Of a DNA stretch of 64,000 nt, positions 1 through 12,985 are shown piece by piece. Location: assembly GCF_006345805.1 (NCBI RefSeq), contig NC_043015.1:29760001-29824000 (forward strand). Reading direction: 5' to 3'. The stretch is from Octopus sinensis (taxonomy: Eukaryota). Position 1 is the first letter of the stretch; each line of letters opens with the position of its first letter. The notes beneath the pieces are model-generated. The model had not been told where the DNA came from and did not search any database. It worked only from the letters and a program-made list of their open reading frames with translations. The position numbers were made by a program, and so were the translations under genes.

Positions 1-206
1 ATTTACTTTAAAACACCACTTAAATAGTTCTAACTTTCCTACAAAAACATCAATCAGCCCCAAAACATCCAGTAGATTTCTTTTGCCATTAACAAAACCC
101 CTTAGACCATTTCCACACCAATTCAAAAATATACCAGCTGATAAAACACCCTCTCCCAATCGTTCTTAACCAGCCCTCACAATAAAGACACCAATGGCCT
201 TCTCAC

Positions 207-341
207 CTGGCAGTTCCTTGATGTACTCCCAGCCAGCCTTTTCTGCAAGGGTCTTACATTTGCCATAAGGATCCAGCTTGCTAGGATCAGACCAGGCTTC
301 TTCAGTGAAAGCTTTTGAATCTCCAGCAGCATCACCATGGC
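207..341 (-). CDS. Extended SDR (DFR/CCR/GRE2-like NAD(P)-dependent epimerase/dehydratase), internal exon with the catalytic YxxxK; gene continues past the left edge
   Basis: Acceptor TTTGCAG at 343-342 and donor GTGAGA at 206-205. 135 nt, phase 1 to phase 1. Encodes (C)HGDAAGDSKAFTEEAWSDPSKLDPYGKCKTLAEKAGWEYIKELP, matching the family pattern F(T/D)ExxW...YxKSKTLAEKAAW. Confidence 0.92.
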
Positions 342-2072
342 CTGCAAAACAAAATAACTGCCTTAGTAATACATTTCCACACAGAAAAAACATGTCAGAC
401 AAAAATATAGAAAAATAAGTCGTGATGCTCATTAATAAAACATTTGGAAAATCTTTGTTAAAACGTAGATTTCCATAAATTAAAAGGAAAACAATACAAT
501 TGAATTTTAAAGATGGTCAGGAAGTTAAAGAGGCCAAACAACTAAAACAGTATCCATTTGCCTTGTAAATGGAAATTACAACTCAATTCAAATCATAGAT
601 TACATTGCTTGTAACTAAAACCTACTGAAATATTGAGTATGAGTTTACATTTTCCTACAATACCTGTATCAACTAGAACCTTTGCCTTCATTCAATATGC
701 TAGAAATAGTAGCCAAATCCCCCATAACTGCACTTCCATTTTAAATAGGGAAAGGATATATTGGACAATATATTCTTGGTCATATCCTTAAGGGCATGAT
801 TGGAATACCTTTGATCATAGGTTGCCTTGATCAAGGTTGAGCTTTGGCTAAACAAGAACAAATCAATGGATGGGCCCTTAAGTAAGTACTACAGCTATTT
901 TTATTATATTACACTTGTAGTGAGGTAATAGATGTTATTTAGCTAGCTTTCTTCTTGCTCTGTTGTACACCTCCAGTGTATATAATCTTGGATATCTTTC
1001 TGAAACAAGCATTAAGTCATTGCAGGAACAAGTCGTGTAAGCTTTAAATGTTAAATTCATATTCCACAGAATGCTACATTGACACAAATGCTTCACTTAA
1101 AATTCTATGTGAATAGGTATTTCCGTCTCAAGTGCAAGTGATGAAATCAAAAAACAGTCATCAAGTGATTAAGAAAAAAAAAATAAAAAGGATAGCTACA
1201 ATAGCTACTTCCTTTTAACATTACAAAAATAGAAGTGCTTTGTAAGAGGAAACTCCAAGTTTTAAACCTCATATAAAGTTTTTAATCTTTCAGGAAACAA
1301 CCACTTTAGAGCTTAGAGATGGTTAACAGATGCTCATGGAGTTGGCTAGAATTTATTATTTCAATATGTGGAGTCCAAAACTGTATTGCTATTCTTTTGT
1401 CCATCCTTTTTTTTTTTTTTACACCTCCTCAAAATAACTCGAGTCAGGAATTTTCTATAAGAAATATTTTAGGCTTGTAGCTTTGACGCTATATCTCTTG
1501 ACACAAATGGCCATTTCCTGGAATGTCATCACTCAACAAACCCGCTTTATGTCATCAGAGAAAATGACATGAAAATGGCAACTGTTGACATCATTGGTTA
1601 ACAACCATGTAAAAATTTCGTTTTAATGTCTGGTATTATCTGGTTAGTTTAGCTTGGTATATGTGCCTCACACTGCCTATCTGTGTATGTATGCGCGTCA
1701 TTTCAAGCAAATTTTCTGTCAGCTATGCTGTGGTTATTAACCTTGGCGATAAATATACATACATTAACAGCTAGCTGTAATTAATAAGAACACATCATTT
1801 AAGTACAACAATGGTACCGTGTTAAAGTAAGAATATATGGTGGAAAACAAAGAATACAGTTTAGAAAATTAACAAGGTTTTTCATATTTTATTGCAAATT
1901 AGTTGGCCAATGTAGTGAGATTAAAGCATTCAGTTGTAAAATTTATTTGTTACCACAATCAAAACATTTCACTGCTTGCAGATAAAGAAGCAGGATATAT
2001 TTACTTGGCACCATTTTCTCAGACAAAATATCCTACACATTTGTTCTAGAAGTTGATAAGAATCATACTTAC

Positions 2073-2254
2073 ATGTGATAGCAGCTGAAGAACTGGTCAT
2101 GACAACCCTCTTGACTGACTTGGCGGCCACACAGGCCTTCAAAACAGCTAATGTCTCATCGACAGCAGGTTGTACCAATTCATTATCATCTTTCGACTCT
2201 TTGTTGGGAAATGGACTGATGACATGGATAACATATTGGCAACCTTTTACTGGT
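2073..2254 (-). CDS. Extended SDR, internal exon
   Basis: Poly-T tract plus CAG acceptor at 2256-2255 and donor GTAAGT at 2072-2071. 182 nt, phase 2 to phase 1, joining both neighbouring exons in frame. Encodes PVKGCQYVIHVISPFPNKESKDDNELVQPAVDETLAVLKACVAAKSVKRVVMTSSSAAIT (GCxYVxHVxSPF and VKRVVxTSS motifs). Confidence 0.93.
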
Positions 2255-2434
2255 CTGAAAAAAAAAAAAAAAAAATGGAAGCAACCATAATTAGAAAATC
2301 TGTTGTTACAAGAAATAGATACAAAGTTCTAATTCCTACTAGATATATCCTATCAAAAACAAAAGGAAGAGTTGCAAGTTAAACAAAGCTAGTTTATTAG
2401 GACTTACTACATACAGTCACCACAATAAGAGTGC

Positions 2435-2625
2435 TTAACCCTTTTGTAACTGTAATGCTTATTTACATCGTTTTGAAGTAATCATGCATTATCTTGTAGC
2501 TTTAAGACTTTGATGGTGTTTGTTTTGTTTTAGAATGACATTGTGGTAGGATTAAGAGACTGAATCTACCCAGTTTAAATGTAAAACAGCTGGAATATTT
2601 GAGCTGGATATGGCGGGTTTAAACA
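2435..2625 (+). mobile_element. Truncated copy of the piggyBac-type MITE
   Basis: Begins TTAACCCTTT and is collinear with 4905-5131; the right TIR is missing. Confidence 0.6.
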
Positions 2626-4904
2626 CAAGATTCTTAATTAGAAATTTGACTAGTCATTCTTTGAAATTGAAAATTTGTGAGCCAGTGTCTGAAGCACATC
2701 TGTGATCCAATGATGTTATTGATGTATATCAGTTTGGAGGCCATCCAGCTGGATAATATCAGTTTCAGACACTCAAGTCCAAATATTCAGCTTGTATCAA
2801 AAACATTTAAAAATTCTTTTAGTAACTTATATTTAAATAACTTAGTCAAGAGGGGAACTTTGCACATATGTGATTTTGTTACCAAGTACAGCACCTGCTC
2901 CACATTGAAGTAGATAGCTAGATCTATAGTGTAATATTAAACTTCAGAAAAAAATTCACACACACACAAAAAAAAATCCCTAATTATTTTTATAAACATC
3001 TGGTGTTAGGAAGAGCCTCTACAACAGACAGTTGTAATCTGGACAGCTCTCTGTCAAACTCTCCAACCCATGCCCAGCATGGAGAGAAGCCATTAAACAA
3101 GGATGATGAGGAGAGTGATTGCTAGCCATAGTATACTCATTCCAACGAATTATCTGACTAAATCCAGTTTTTTTAAAAACATTTTTCTGGCCATTTTTGC
3201 TTAATGTATTACAGGTGAACTGTGGGACAGTAGCTAAGTAAGGAGTTAAAAATGAAGTCCATAACCACTTGCAATTTATTTTTAGGGGCAAGGTGGTGTT
3301 AGAGGGGGAAACCCAAACTAGCTTTTCTACCATTAGATATCTTTGAGCTGACAGTTCAATCATAAAGATTTGCACTACCAATTCAAATAGTTCTACTATT
3401 GTTTTGGAAGCTGCAGAACTCATCTCTGGTCAAAACAGAAATCTTGAAATGTCCACTGAACAATATATCTCCAATGCAATAGCAACTGGATTGAGAAGCT
3501 GAAACAGGCACCCTTCCCCTTGAAGCACACCAGCTCCTATATTTCATGCTAAATTTAAAAGCTGTTCAACTAAAATAGAAACCTAAGAAAAATCAGAGAA
3601 ACATTTTAAAAATATTCCAAATAGATGTGCACAGGATATTTCTATCTATAAATACTCAATCAAACAGTTGTTTAAAGACTGAAAATGGTTTAAGAAACAA
3701 CAAAATGCAATTATTTGATTAACAAGCTCATTTGTTGATCCCTGGCAAAACTTTCTGAGGGCCATATGGTTTAATGAATCAGTAGTAATTAATATTTTAA
3801 TATGTAAATATCTAGTACGCAGTGATTTTTCACCAAGTGACAGTTTTGTGATTCAGACACTGAAGATCAGTCCTTGCATATTATGTAGCCAATGATGGAG
3901 CTGCTACACGGTCAACCACTAGAAACAGCAGTCAAATCTTTCAATTACAAAAAGAAAACACAACATTCTTAGATAATTCTAAAAAGATGGGTTGGGCATG
4001 ACGGGAATGCTTTTGATCATAGATCAACTTAAGGTTATCCTAGAGCTAAGCTACAACACCAAAAACATGTAGTATCAATGATATACATTTGCAAAACATT
4101 TCAACACTGATATAAGTTCTTTTTCCATGCCACATATGTGGTTCAATATGGTTCACGTTATTTGGGGCATTTACTCTGCACAAGGTTTACATATTCAGAT
4201 TCTGCCTCTAAGAAGTTACTTTAAAATTAATCTGACTGTGAAACATACGAGGTAGTCAGTAGAGAAATTAAGAAAGCTTTTAATTAAAATGGATTGACAG
4301 AATCATTGAAGTGCTTGGCAGTAGTTGTTGCAGTTCTATGTTCTGAGTTCAAATACCATTGGAGCCAACCTTGTCTTTTTATCTTTCTGGGGTCAATAAA
4401 ATACCAGAGCAATTTAATCAACTAACGCATATTACTTAACTTTCATCCCACTGAGATGCTCAATAAATAGCATGGAGAGCATCCAAATGCCCTAATTGGG
4501 ATCAGAATTGCAATCACATCAAAATCTCAAAGCTATGAGATAATTCATTAATTGAAAACTGAGTGATCAAACCTATTGATGGGGCAGGAAGGGTCACAGA
4601 AACCCTAGGCTTTGAAGTGAATTTCAAATGAGTTGAGACTGTATGATGAAACCTCAGGTTGCATTTAAGAGCATATCTTAAGGAATAAAACGTTTACCTT
4701 ATATTTTTTTAAAATAACATTTTCTTGAAGTAGCAAGCCTGAAACTTTAGGTGATGAAAGTTGGTGTTGAGGATTTCATACGTTTTCAAAAGACATCTAC
4801 ACTATCAATAGAATTGATCTTTGTATATTGCAGATACTAACCTTAACTGATGAACTATCTGCAAGGGGTAGAGAATATGGACAGATGATATGAACAATTA
4901 ATTA

Positions 4905-5131
4905 TTAACCCTTTAGTATTCAGATTACTCTACTAAATGTTATGCTTATTTAATTACATTGTTTTCAATTAATAATGTATATCTCATAGCTTTGAGATTT
5001 TGATGATGTGATTGCTTATTTTTATTATGACATTGTAGGATAGGTGCAAGAGGCTGGATCTAGCTGGTTTGACCGTAGAACAAGTATAATATCAGGACCG
5101 GACATGGCAACTTTAAATGCTAAAGGGTTAA
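4905..5131. mobile_element. piggyBac-type MITE (219 bp)
   Basis: TTAA at both ends (4905-4908 and 5128-5131) with TIRs CCCTTTAGTATT / AATGCTAAAGGG (11 of 12 match). Confidence 0.8.
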
Positions 5132-5689
5132 AAAATGTTTTCACATCCATGTATCTCTATAGTAACTGTTGAAATGATATTCGAGTCAAAACATTAAGAC
5201 CCTTCTCATGTAATGTATCTTCAACAATCTGTATATCCTACTTAACGTGGATATACTATAAGAACATCACAATGCTGCAGTATTCGTCTTGAAGTACTTC
5301 TTATAGAGGCTTTGTGATGACGAATACCGCCGTATTCAGCCTTCTTACAGTATATTTATGTTAAGTGGGATATACAGATTGATATTAGGTACTAATACTA
5401 TAACTGTTGCTAATAGATACACGCTATATGTCCAAAGAGAAAATTGGGATAGATAGACAGACATAATGTGAAAAGACATGGAGAAATATACAATTTCTAT
5501 CTCTGGTACAAGACTACATTTGAGGGAGGGGTAGACTAGTTTTTCACTGGTTTATATTTTATCGATGACCAATTCACCATAGGGAGTCAGTAACTCAATG
5601 TATAAAAGGGGCCGGGTAAATACTGCAAAGCATTTCGTCCGACGTTCTAATGATGTACTTCCTTAATAAGGGTCAACAGGAATACTTAC

Positions 5690-5903
5690 TCTTCCCAGGC
5701 ATCAGATTTACTGCTGTCCACCTCCACCAACTCCAGCTTATTTGCGGCTTCTGGACATAAGTTTTGCAAAGCCTTCACCTTCTCCTCTTTCTTTTTCTCG
5801 TCGTCCACATTTGGCACCACTCCTCTCACTTTATAGTTGTTCTCCTGAAGTTGCTTGATGATATAAGGAGAAACAAACCCAGATGCACCAGTCACCAGAA
5901 CCA
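5690..5903 (-). CDS. Extended SDR, Rossmann-fold exon
   Basis: Acceptor TTTTTTCAG at 5905-5904 and donor GTAAGT at 5689-5688. 214 nt, phase 1 to phase 2. Encodes VLVTGASGFVSPYIIKQLQENNYKVRGVVPNVDDE...LELVEVDSSKSDAWE (TGxxGxx glycine-rich motif). Confidence 0.93.
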
Positions 5904-7051
5904 CTGAAAAAATAAAGAAAAGATTCTAAGGTCAGAAATAGTTAACATTTTACCATGAATTTTTTTTTATACGTAAATTTAAGATACAGCGATAATTATG
6001 CATTCACCCTCCTCCAACAACTCTAGATCTTGCAAAAGAGCTAATACTTTCGTAATGTCAGCTTTTTTCACAAGCCTAATTCTTGCAAGAAACTTAGTTC
6101 AATTCTGTTCCACAATTGCCGCAGAAGATTCAGGTTTCACCTTGCTTCTACTGCAGATCATCGTTATCTGAGCTTATTAAATCTGCTGTATCTTTGTATT
6201 TTATGCTTATATAGTATGTATGAATGAATGCGCTTACACGTATGTATGCAAAATGAAAGATTTTGTATTTGTTGAAGCCTTATGAAATTTAAGAGCCATT
6301 TACAGAAAAAAAAGCTATCTCTGAAGTGATAGGCAAAAATATAGAATCTATTTCACACTTTCAAAAGAATCAGCTACTTGTCTAAATTAGGCGACCCCCC
6401 ACCCCAAAAAAAAACTTATAGTGTAAGAAAAAGCACACCAAGGAAAAAATTCTCTTCCTTGGTCGGACGTGAGTGGGATGGGAAATATAAACCGCTTGAA
6501 TCAAACAGAAAAACTTTCATACACCGTTGACATTCTTCAAATGTTTTGTCACATCACCGAGTCTAATACTGTCTTCTATAATCGTTCTGGCTTGCACCAG
6601 TTAGCAAAACCCCCAAAAAGATTAATTGCTTATTTAAATGCGAGGTCATGTGCAATTAGAGCAATGTGGTTTAATTTTGTGTGACTAGGTAGAACTATAT
6701 TATACTTGTAAAAGTTGAAACCGAGGAGCCTTAGAGATATTTGACGAACAAGAAGAGAAGAGGGAAGCATTTAATTGGTTTCACTCATTGGGTTATAGTC
6801 ATACCGGAACACTTCCTTCTAGCATAAAGCCAATTACTTAAAAATCCAGTAGTTGTCTTCATCGATCACGGCACAAATGAATTTGGACAAGATGTGAGCT
6901 CAACAGAAAGGAAAATTAATATACTAGAATATTTTGTCCGGTGCTTATAAGCGCAGGAACAAAAGATGCTTATAGTGGGTGCAGACCCTGATCCAAAATT
7001 GTTTACAGACAAGGTCGACTTCATTCAATCTTAATATCAAAACACACAAGT

Positions 7052-7284
7052 ATAATAATAATAATAATAATCCTTTCTACCATAGGTACAAGGCCTGAAA
7101 TTTGAAGGGAGGGGACTAATCGATTACATCGACCTCAGTGATTCACTGGTACTTAATTTATCGACCCCAAAAGGACGAAAGGCAAGGTCGACCGTGGCGG
7201 AATTTGAACTCAGAGCGTAAGGACGGACGAAATGCCGCTGAAGCATTTTGCCCAGCGTGCTAACGATTCTGTCTGTTCGCCGCC
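7052..7284 (-). mobile_element. tRNA-derived SINE family A, full length, tail type i with (ATT)n
   Basis: Pol III B-box GAGTTCAAATTCC, body GACCTTGCCTTTCGTCCTTTTGGGGTCGATAAA and tail CAAATTTCAGGCCTTGTACCTATGGTAGAAAGGATTATT. It resembles the described octopus tRNA-SINEs (OK/OR1/OR2); the exact family is not assigned. Confidence 0.85.
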
Positions 7285-7453
7285 TCAGTAATAATATTTG
7301 CACATCAATCAAGTCAGATAAATCCAATACAAAGTGACATTTCAAATCGCTTTGGCGAAGTTTTCTAAAATGATGCTTATTGCCCCCGCGAAAATTTTAG
7401 GGGAAATGCTTGCACCCCTTGCACTCCCTGTTCCCGAGCCTATGTCACCCCAT

Positions 7454-7504
<51 letters not shown>

Positions 7505-7598
7505 ATATCAAAATAAGCAACAAGGATATCCAAGGTAGAGTAGTACAATTGTTTTATGCTACTTCATATATATAATTAGTACAATTGTCATTCCATCG

Positions 7599-7635
<37 letters not shown>

Positions 7636-10469
7636 AATTCTATCCATAGTTCTTAAACTTGAAACATATTTTTTGTGGAGTGGCATTCGTTTCAGTAGTT
7701 GAGAATCTGAAGCACTAACTATAAATTCAGAACATGTCAACTAAATATTTGATTAAGTTTATAAAAGCCAAATTGTATAGTTATGGAAAAACAACTAATT
7801 TTAAATCTCTGAGCGAGAAATATGTCGTTAACAGTAGCGTACAGTAAAATCTAATTGTCTTTTTATTTTAACGAAAAGATTTTATCTACAAGATGTCAGA
7901 TTGATCCGTTTTTTCCCCTTTTTATAATTGGTCAGTAATTTGCATATCTTTCATAAGTGGGAGAGGAGAATCAAGCAAACAGTAACTATAAAAGATTCGA
8001 TTTAAAGTAGCCAGATCTTATATGTATGCCGTTACTAGCGACTTTCCACGTGGAAGAATATTTCATTAGCCGTCTGACGAAACGTTCAGTCAAATAGAAT
8101 ATGCATATATTGAAACTATTTCTCCTGTTTGTTAATACTAACGCGCGCATGTGTGTAAAAATAATTTGGGGATTCGATTGTAAATCACCTATGCACTTAT
8201 GTATACATACACAAACACATATCTGATAAATTAAAAGCTAATATTTTTAAAGCAAGCTTAAGAATAACAAAATAGTTACTGGAAGGGAAGACAAGTAAAA
8301 TTTGGTATAAAATTTTATAAATTTCATTAGTTTCAGCATCGAGCTTCACCATTAGTAAATGTTTTAAAATTCTTGAATCTGCTTTAAAATAATGACCATA
8401 ATCTATCAGTAACTAACACACACACACACACACACACGAGTGCAAACACACTTTTAGGGACCTTAAGGATAGAAATGTAGATGTATAGATATATTTTTAT
8501 CACACGTTGCTGCTATCTTCATATACACACGCAGACAGTTTCTCTTCTAGCTTTTCATTATTTCTACCAAAAGGAGCGCGACAAGACGTGTCTATTATAC
8601 ATCTATTTATCTCTATCGCACAGACAGCAAATGTTGACTAAGTTCATGGCGGTCGTCTTGTCGATTTGTTTATAGACAGACGAGGCAGTAAAACCTTTTA
8701 CAAACAGGAAGTAGATGAGGGGGGAGCATAGTGTGAGATATACAGAGTGGAATGAGGAGTGAGAAGGTGAAGGGCTGAGAGAGATGGGAGGAAGAGCTGA
8801 CAGTGCTGCGTGAGTTAACCAATCGTTATCCCGAGTTTGGAATTTGGGTGTACGTCCAACCCATGCAAGTATGGAAAGTGGACGCTAAAATATAGTATTA
8901 CACTCGGTTCTTAATTGTAACTTGCAAATATTTAAAAACTGAATGTCACGAATAAGGTAACAGAAAGAACATTTTTATATAAATTTTAACGAAAATTAAG
9001 ATTTTCCAAAAAAAAAAAAAAAACGAATCCAGAAAATCACATGTTTGTGTAACTGATTCCAAGTAGGCGAGTGTGTATGTGTTTTTTTTCTATGATTTGA
9101 ATCAAATCAATTTGTGCTGGTTTTTTTTTTTTGTCTTTGGAAAGAGACTGGAAAAGAAATGAGCTAGCAAAAAACAAGGCTGTTTAACACGAACCAAGCT
9201 ACTACTGGTTTGCAAGGCATATCATTTGAAAAGGCAGAAGGGGCTGTATCAAAACAATTATTTTTCGGATGAGGGATAGGCTGGTGCCTTTTATGCAGTA
9301 ATGTCATCAAACACAGTGTCCCCAATATATTAGTCAGTGATGGGTCTGTTTCTCTTGTTTATGCGTCTAATTGGTGCTAATGCTTAAAATATCATTGTGT
9401 TCAATGACTTTTTTTAAAAGAAAATTTGGTATAATGATATCAGATTTTTTAATTAAAAAAAAATGTCTCAGTTCATATATATATAAACTATCATTATATG
9501 CATTAAGGAAGCTTTTGTGTTGTATTTTGTCATTTAACAGTACAACCTTTATAGTTGGGGATACAGAACAGCAGAGACAGAATCAAAACTGGGAGTGGTT
9601 GATGTCATTGTTTGACGAGCGTGTATCTTCCCGACCCATCACACACAGACGCATACAGTGCTATGACTACTGACACCTCATAACCCCTTTATACAGACAC
9701 ACAATCTCTAAATGATTCAGATTGCTCCTGGCACCCACACAAAGTCTTTGTTCTGGACTGCTCCAGGCAACCAGTCCTATGCACCTTCCCCTTTCCACTT
9801 TTAACCTAGTTCTATATCTATTGTTCCCCCGCTATCATTACCTCTGCAGTCCACTTGAGGACCTTCAGGATTCAATTTTTTCCCCTTTTTTTTTTAAAAA
9901 AAAAGGGGAAAATGAAAAAGGTAAAATAGAAATGTTTTTGTTATTTAATGACGGTTGCTATGACAATAAGGGATTAGCAAATCAGAAACGACAGTGCAAG
10001 AGAACCCAGTAGCTATGTATGGCGGGTTATTTTACTGAATTGATTTTAAAATAAGCTAAATTCCATTAAAAATTAGAATTACAGGAGGGGGGGAGATCAT
10101 TAGCATAACAAATTGAGAATAATCGATCCCTTTAAGAATAAAAAAAATAAATGGAGCTTGTGATTAATTTAGTGAAAGGGAAAGGAAATGTCGGTAATAT
10201 AAAGTTGATATTCTAAACACGTTTTTATTTTCATTTCACCTGCCATTGCCAACGTCAGCTGCTGTATTTTCTGACGAGGAGAGCTTGATCTTACATCTTA
10301 CCAAAGACCAGTTAGAACCAGATTTTCAATATTTACAAACTCAATGATTTTTGTCGACTCAGAGCATTAGCTTCTTCTAGATTCTAATTATATTTCCTCA
10401 ATATTTAAAAACAATTCCTTGTATTAGATATAATAATATATATTTGAAATATAGTGTGTATGTGTGTGT

Positions 10470-10509
<40 letters not shown>

Positions 10510-10519
10510 ATATAATATA

Positions 10520-10860
10520 TATATATATATGTTAGAAGTATTGGGGGTGGTGTACAGATTTAATACATATGAAAGAAAAAAGGTGTTCAGAATGCTGGAT
10601 GGTTGTAAAAATATATATTTATTTACATATCACATTATTTCTTCTGATTAGCGCTTTGAACTACTCCTGTAGTTTCATCAGATTATGTATATATATAAAT
10701 TTACAGAAAGTGAAAGACGAAGACAGGTGGCGGAACAACAGGTATATTAGTTTAATGCTCAGGAAGAATGGAAAAGCCTGACGTTTCGAGCGTACGCTCT
10801 TCGGCAGAAAGGACTGAGAGGAAACGAAAATGGAGAGAGAACGAAAAAAAAAAAAGAAAA
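10520..10860 (-). mobile_element. Penelope-like element terminal remnant with two degenerate hammerhead motifs
   Basis: Minus-strand motifs CUGCCGAAGAGCGUACGCUCGAAACGUC (10777-10810) and CUGAUGAAACUACAGGAGUAGUUCAAAGCGCUA (about 10645-10685). The same family occurs in opposite orientation at about 51085-51260. Confidence 0.55.
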
Positions 10861-11844
10861 AAAAGGGCTGGGATTATCGATTCAACACGATGACATGCAT
10901 GCATACACATCTACTCCAGTAACCATACATGGTTAAGAAGATATAACTAGCACCGGGTCATGATGTGCTGCTAAACTGTAAAGCTATCAGTTTAAGATGC
11001 TGTACATCTGCACCGTGGTGGTAAGTTCCAAGGAAAGCCACATTTGCAAGAAGTTCCGTTCCGTAATTGAGCAATCATTCGTAACAGGCTCTTCGTATTT
11101 CCGAGGATCGTTATCGCTGCTCATTCACTTTAATTTCACATTCCTTGTAATATGGCAACAAGCGAAGCTGAAAACAATCTTGAGCAATGCGACAGAGTGA
11201 GTTATACTATGTTGACCACGGTGGGGCGGTTTGAGCACATATTGTGAAAGAGTGAACAAAAACCATGAAGCAGTTTTTACAACTTATATGGAGTAACATT
11301 ACATTAAGGAGTGGAACGTGCAATTATGCTATTATTATATGTTGGTCTGAGACCAAAGAAAGTTCTACAACTGGGAGTGGCAGGTCAAGAGTGTGTTAGC
11401 TGTTTAGGTTGTGGTTGGAGAAGGGGCGGGGAATCTAAAAAGAGATTAAACCGAATGGGTTTAGCGGGAGTTTTGGTAAGTTTACAGTGTTGCTGTAAAA
11501 ATCAAGTGGAGCTTTAAGGATGGCATTTGTACCAGTCTACGTATGTTTTACTTGCCATTGGACTGTGGTCATACAAGGGGACAACCTTGAAGGGTTTAGC
11601 CGAACAAAACTCCACTGCTTATTGTAAACCTCGTCTAGTCTATCGGACTTTTTGTCGAACTGCTACGTTAACGGGGACGTAAACCAACAATAATCACGAA
11701 GTGGAGGCAAAGAAACGCACACATAGACATTACATATTCCCTTACAAAGCATTAGTCGGTCCGGAGCAACAACTCGACTTAAGAATGCATAACACGTGTC
11801 TGTGAAGAGAACTTAACCACAGGACCATGCCTCCACATATAAAC

Positions 11845-11991
11845 CAGTGCTCCGCAACTGGTATGCCGCAGTGAAACCCGAATATAATTTGCTTCTCAAT
11901 ACTTTTAGTTATATTTTTTAGTCCAAGTGTGCCCCCCGAATTTTGAAAGGAATATAAGTGGATCGCATGTGAAAAAGGTTGCGGAGCACGA
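11845..11991. mobile_element. hAT-type MITE
   Basis: Perfect 12-bp inverted repeat GTGCTCCGCAAC / GTTGCGGAGCAC, CAGTG start, and an imperfect 8-bp TSD (ATATAAAC / ATGTAAAG). Confidence 0.6.
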
Positions 11992-12673
11992 ATGTAAAGT
12001 GATTTATTCTACAGAACCAATAATTGGTTGGCTCCTGGAAAGCTGTGTTAAAAAGAGTAAACAGACCTCTCAACGTAGATGACACAGCAATTTTTATGCC
12101 ATCCAAGATGCAAGCCATTCTTTTTGAACGTAGGAAGAATAAACGTTTTAAATTTAATATAGTGGATTAAGCATTTAGAATAATTGAATTCAGTATCGCA
12201 GAAGAATTTAAATTTTTAGCAGATGTTTGAAAGGAATGTAATTGAAATCTGCAAGGAGCTATCCACCCCCACCATCACCGGCAGAATGGATCAAATATCA
12301 AATTCTAACTCGCAGCCAAACGTTAAAATGGTTAATAGGATATCTTACTCCGCTAAAATAGTTTTTCTTTTTTCCTTTTGCATTTAAAACTTATCTATGG
12401 AATACAGTATTTTAGACATTGACAAAGCTAGAGTTAATTAACCAGCAGTTTAGGCAGTTATTTTATTCAATTGGTACGAAAAAGAAAAAAGAAAAACTGA
12501 AATAAATTTGAATACCAAGATAATGCTTCGAAGCGGACGATTTGATACTCGGATCTTCTCACTCTTTTTGCTTTCTTGTCGCCTGAACGAACACACAAAG
12601 AACGATAAACCAAGCAGCAGCGGAGTGAATCATCCGCCTCGAATGAATATATAACACTATTGAACAAGTTTTC

Positions 12674-12985
12674 TCATCATCATCATTTAGCGTCCGCTTT
12701 CCATGCTGGCATAGGTTGGACGGTTCAACTGGGGTCTGGGAAGCCAGAAGGCTGCACCAGACCCAGTCTGATCTGGCAATGTTTCTACGGCTGGATGCCC
12801 TTCCTAACACCAACCACTCCATGAGTGTAGTGGGTGCTTTTTACGTGCCACCGGCACAGGTGCCAGACGGGGCTGGCAAACGGCCACGATCGGATGGTGC
12901 TTTTTACGTGCCACCGGCACGGAGGCAGTCGGGGCGGCGCTGGCAATGGCCACGTTCGGATGGTTCTCTTATGTGCCACCGGCAC
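12674..12985 (-). mobile_element. 5'-truncated RTE-clade LINE 3' end
   Basis: (GAT)n tail, CCATGCTAGCATGGAAAGCGGACG-like terminus, GGCGTTAGGAAGGGCATCCAGC motif and three copies of a ~62-bp GTGCCGGTGGCACGTAAAA subrepeat. RTE identity comes from the ORF-linked copy at 61175. Confidence 0.8.

Noticed and set aside
3019-3423. 134-aa minus-strand ORF inside the SDR intron
   Set aside because: No recognisable motif, and the flanking SDR exons already join in frame without it.
8600-8720. GACCGCCATG plus an ETS-like CAGGAAGT as the SDR start or promoter
   Set aside because: The frame stops after 13 codons and there is no consensus phase-1 donor; the 40153 exon fits better. An alternative non-coding promoter is not excluded.
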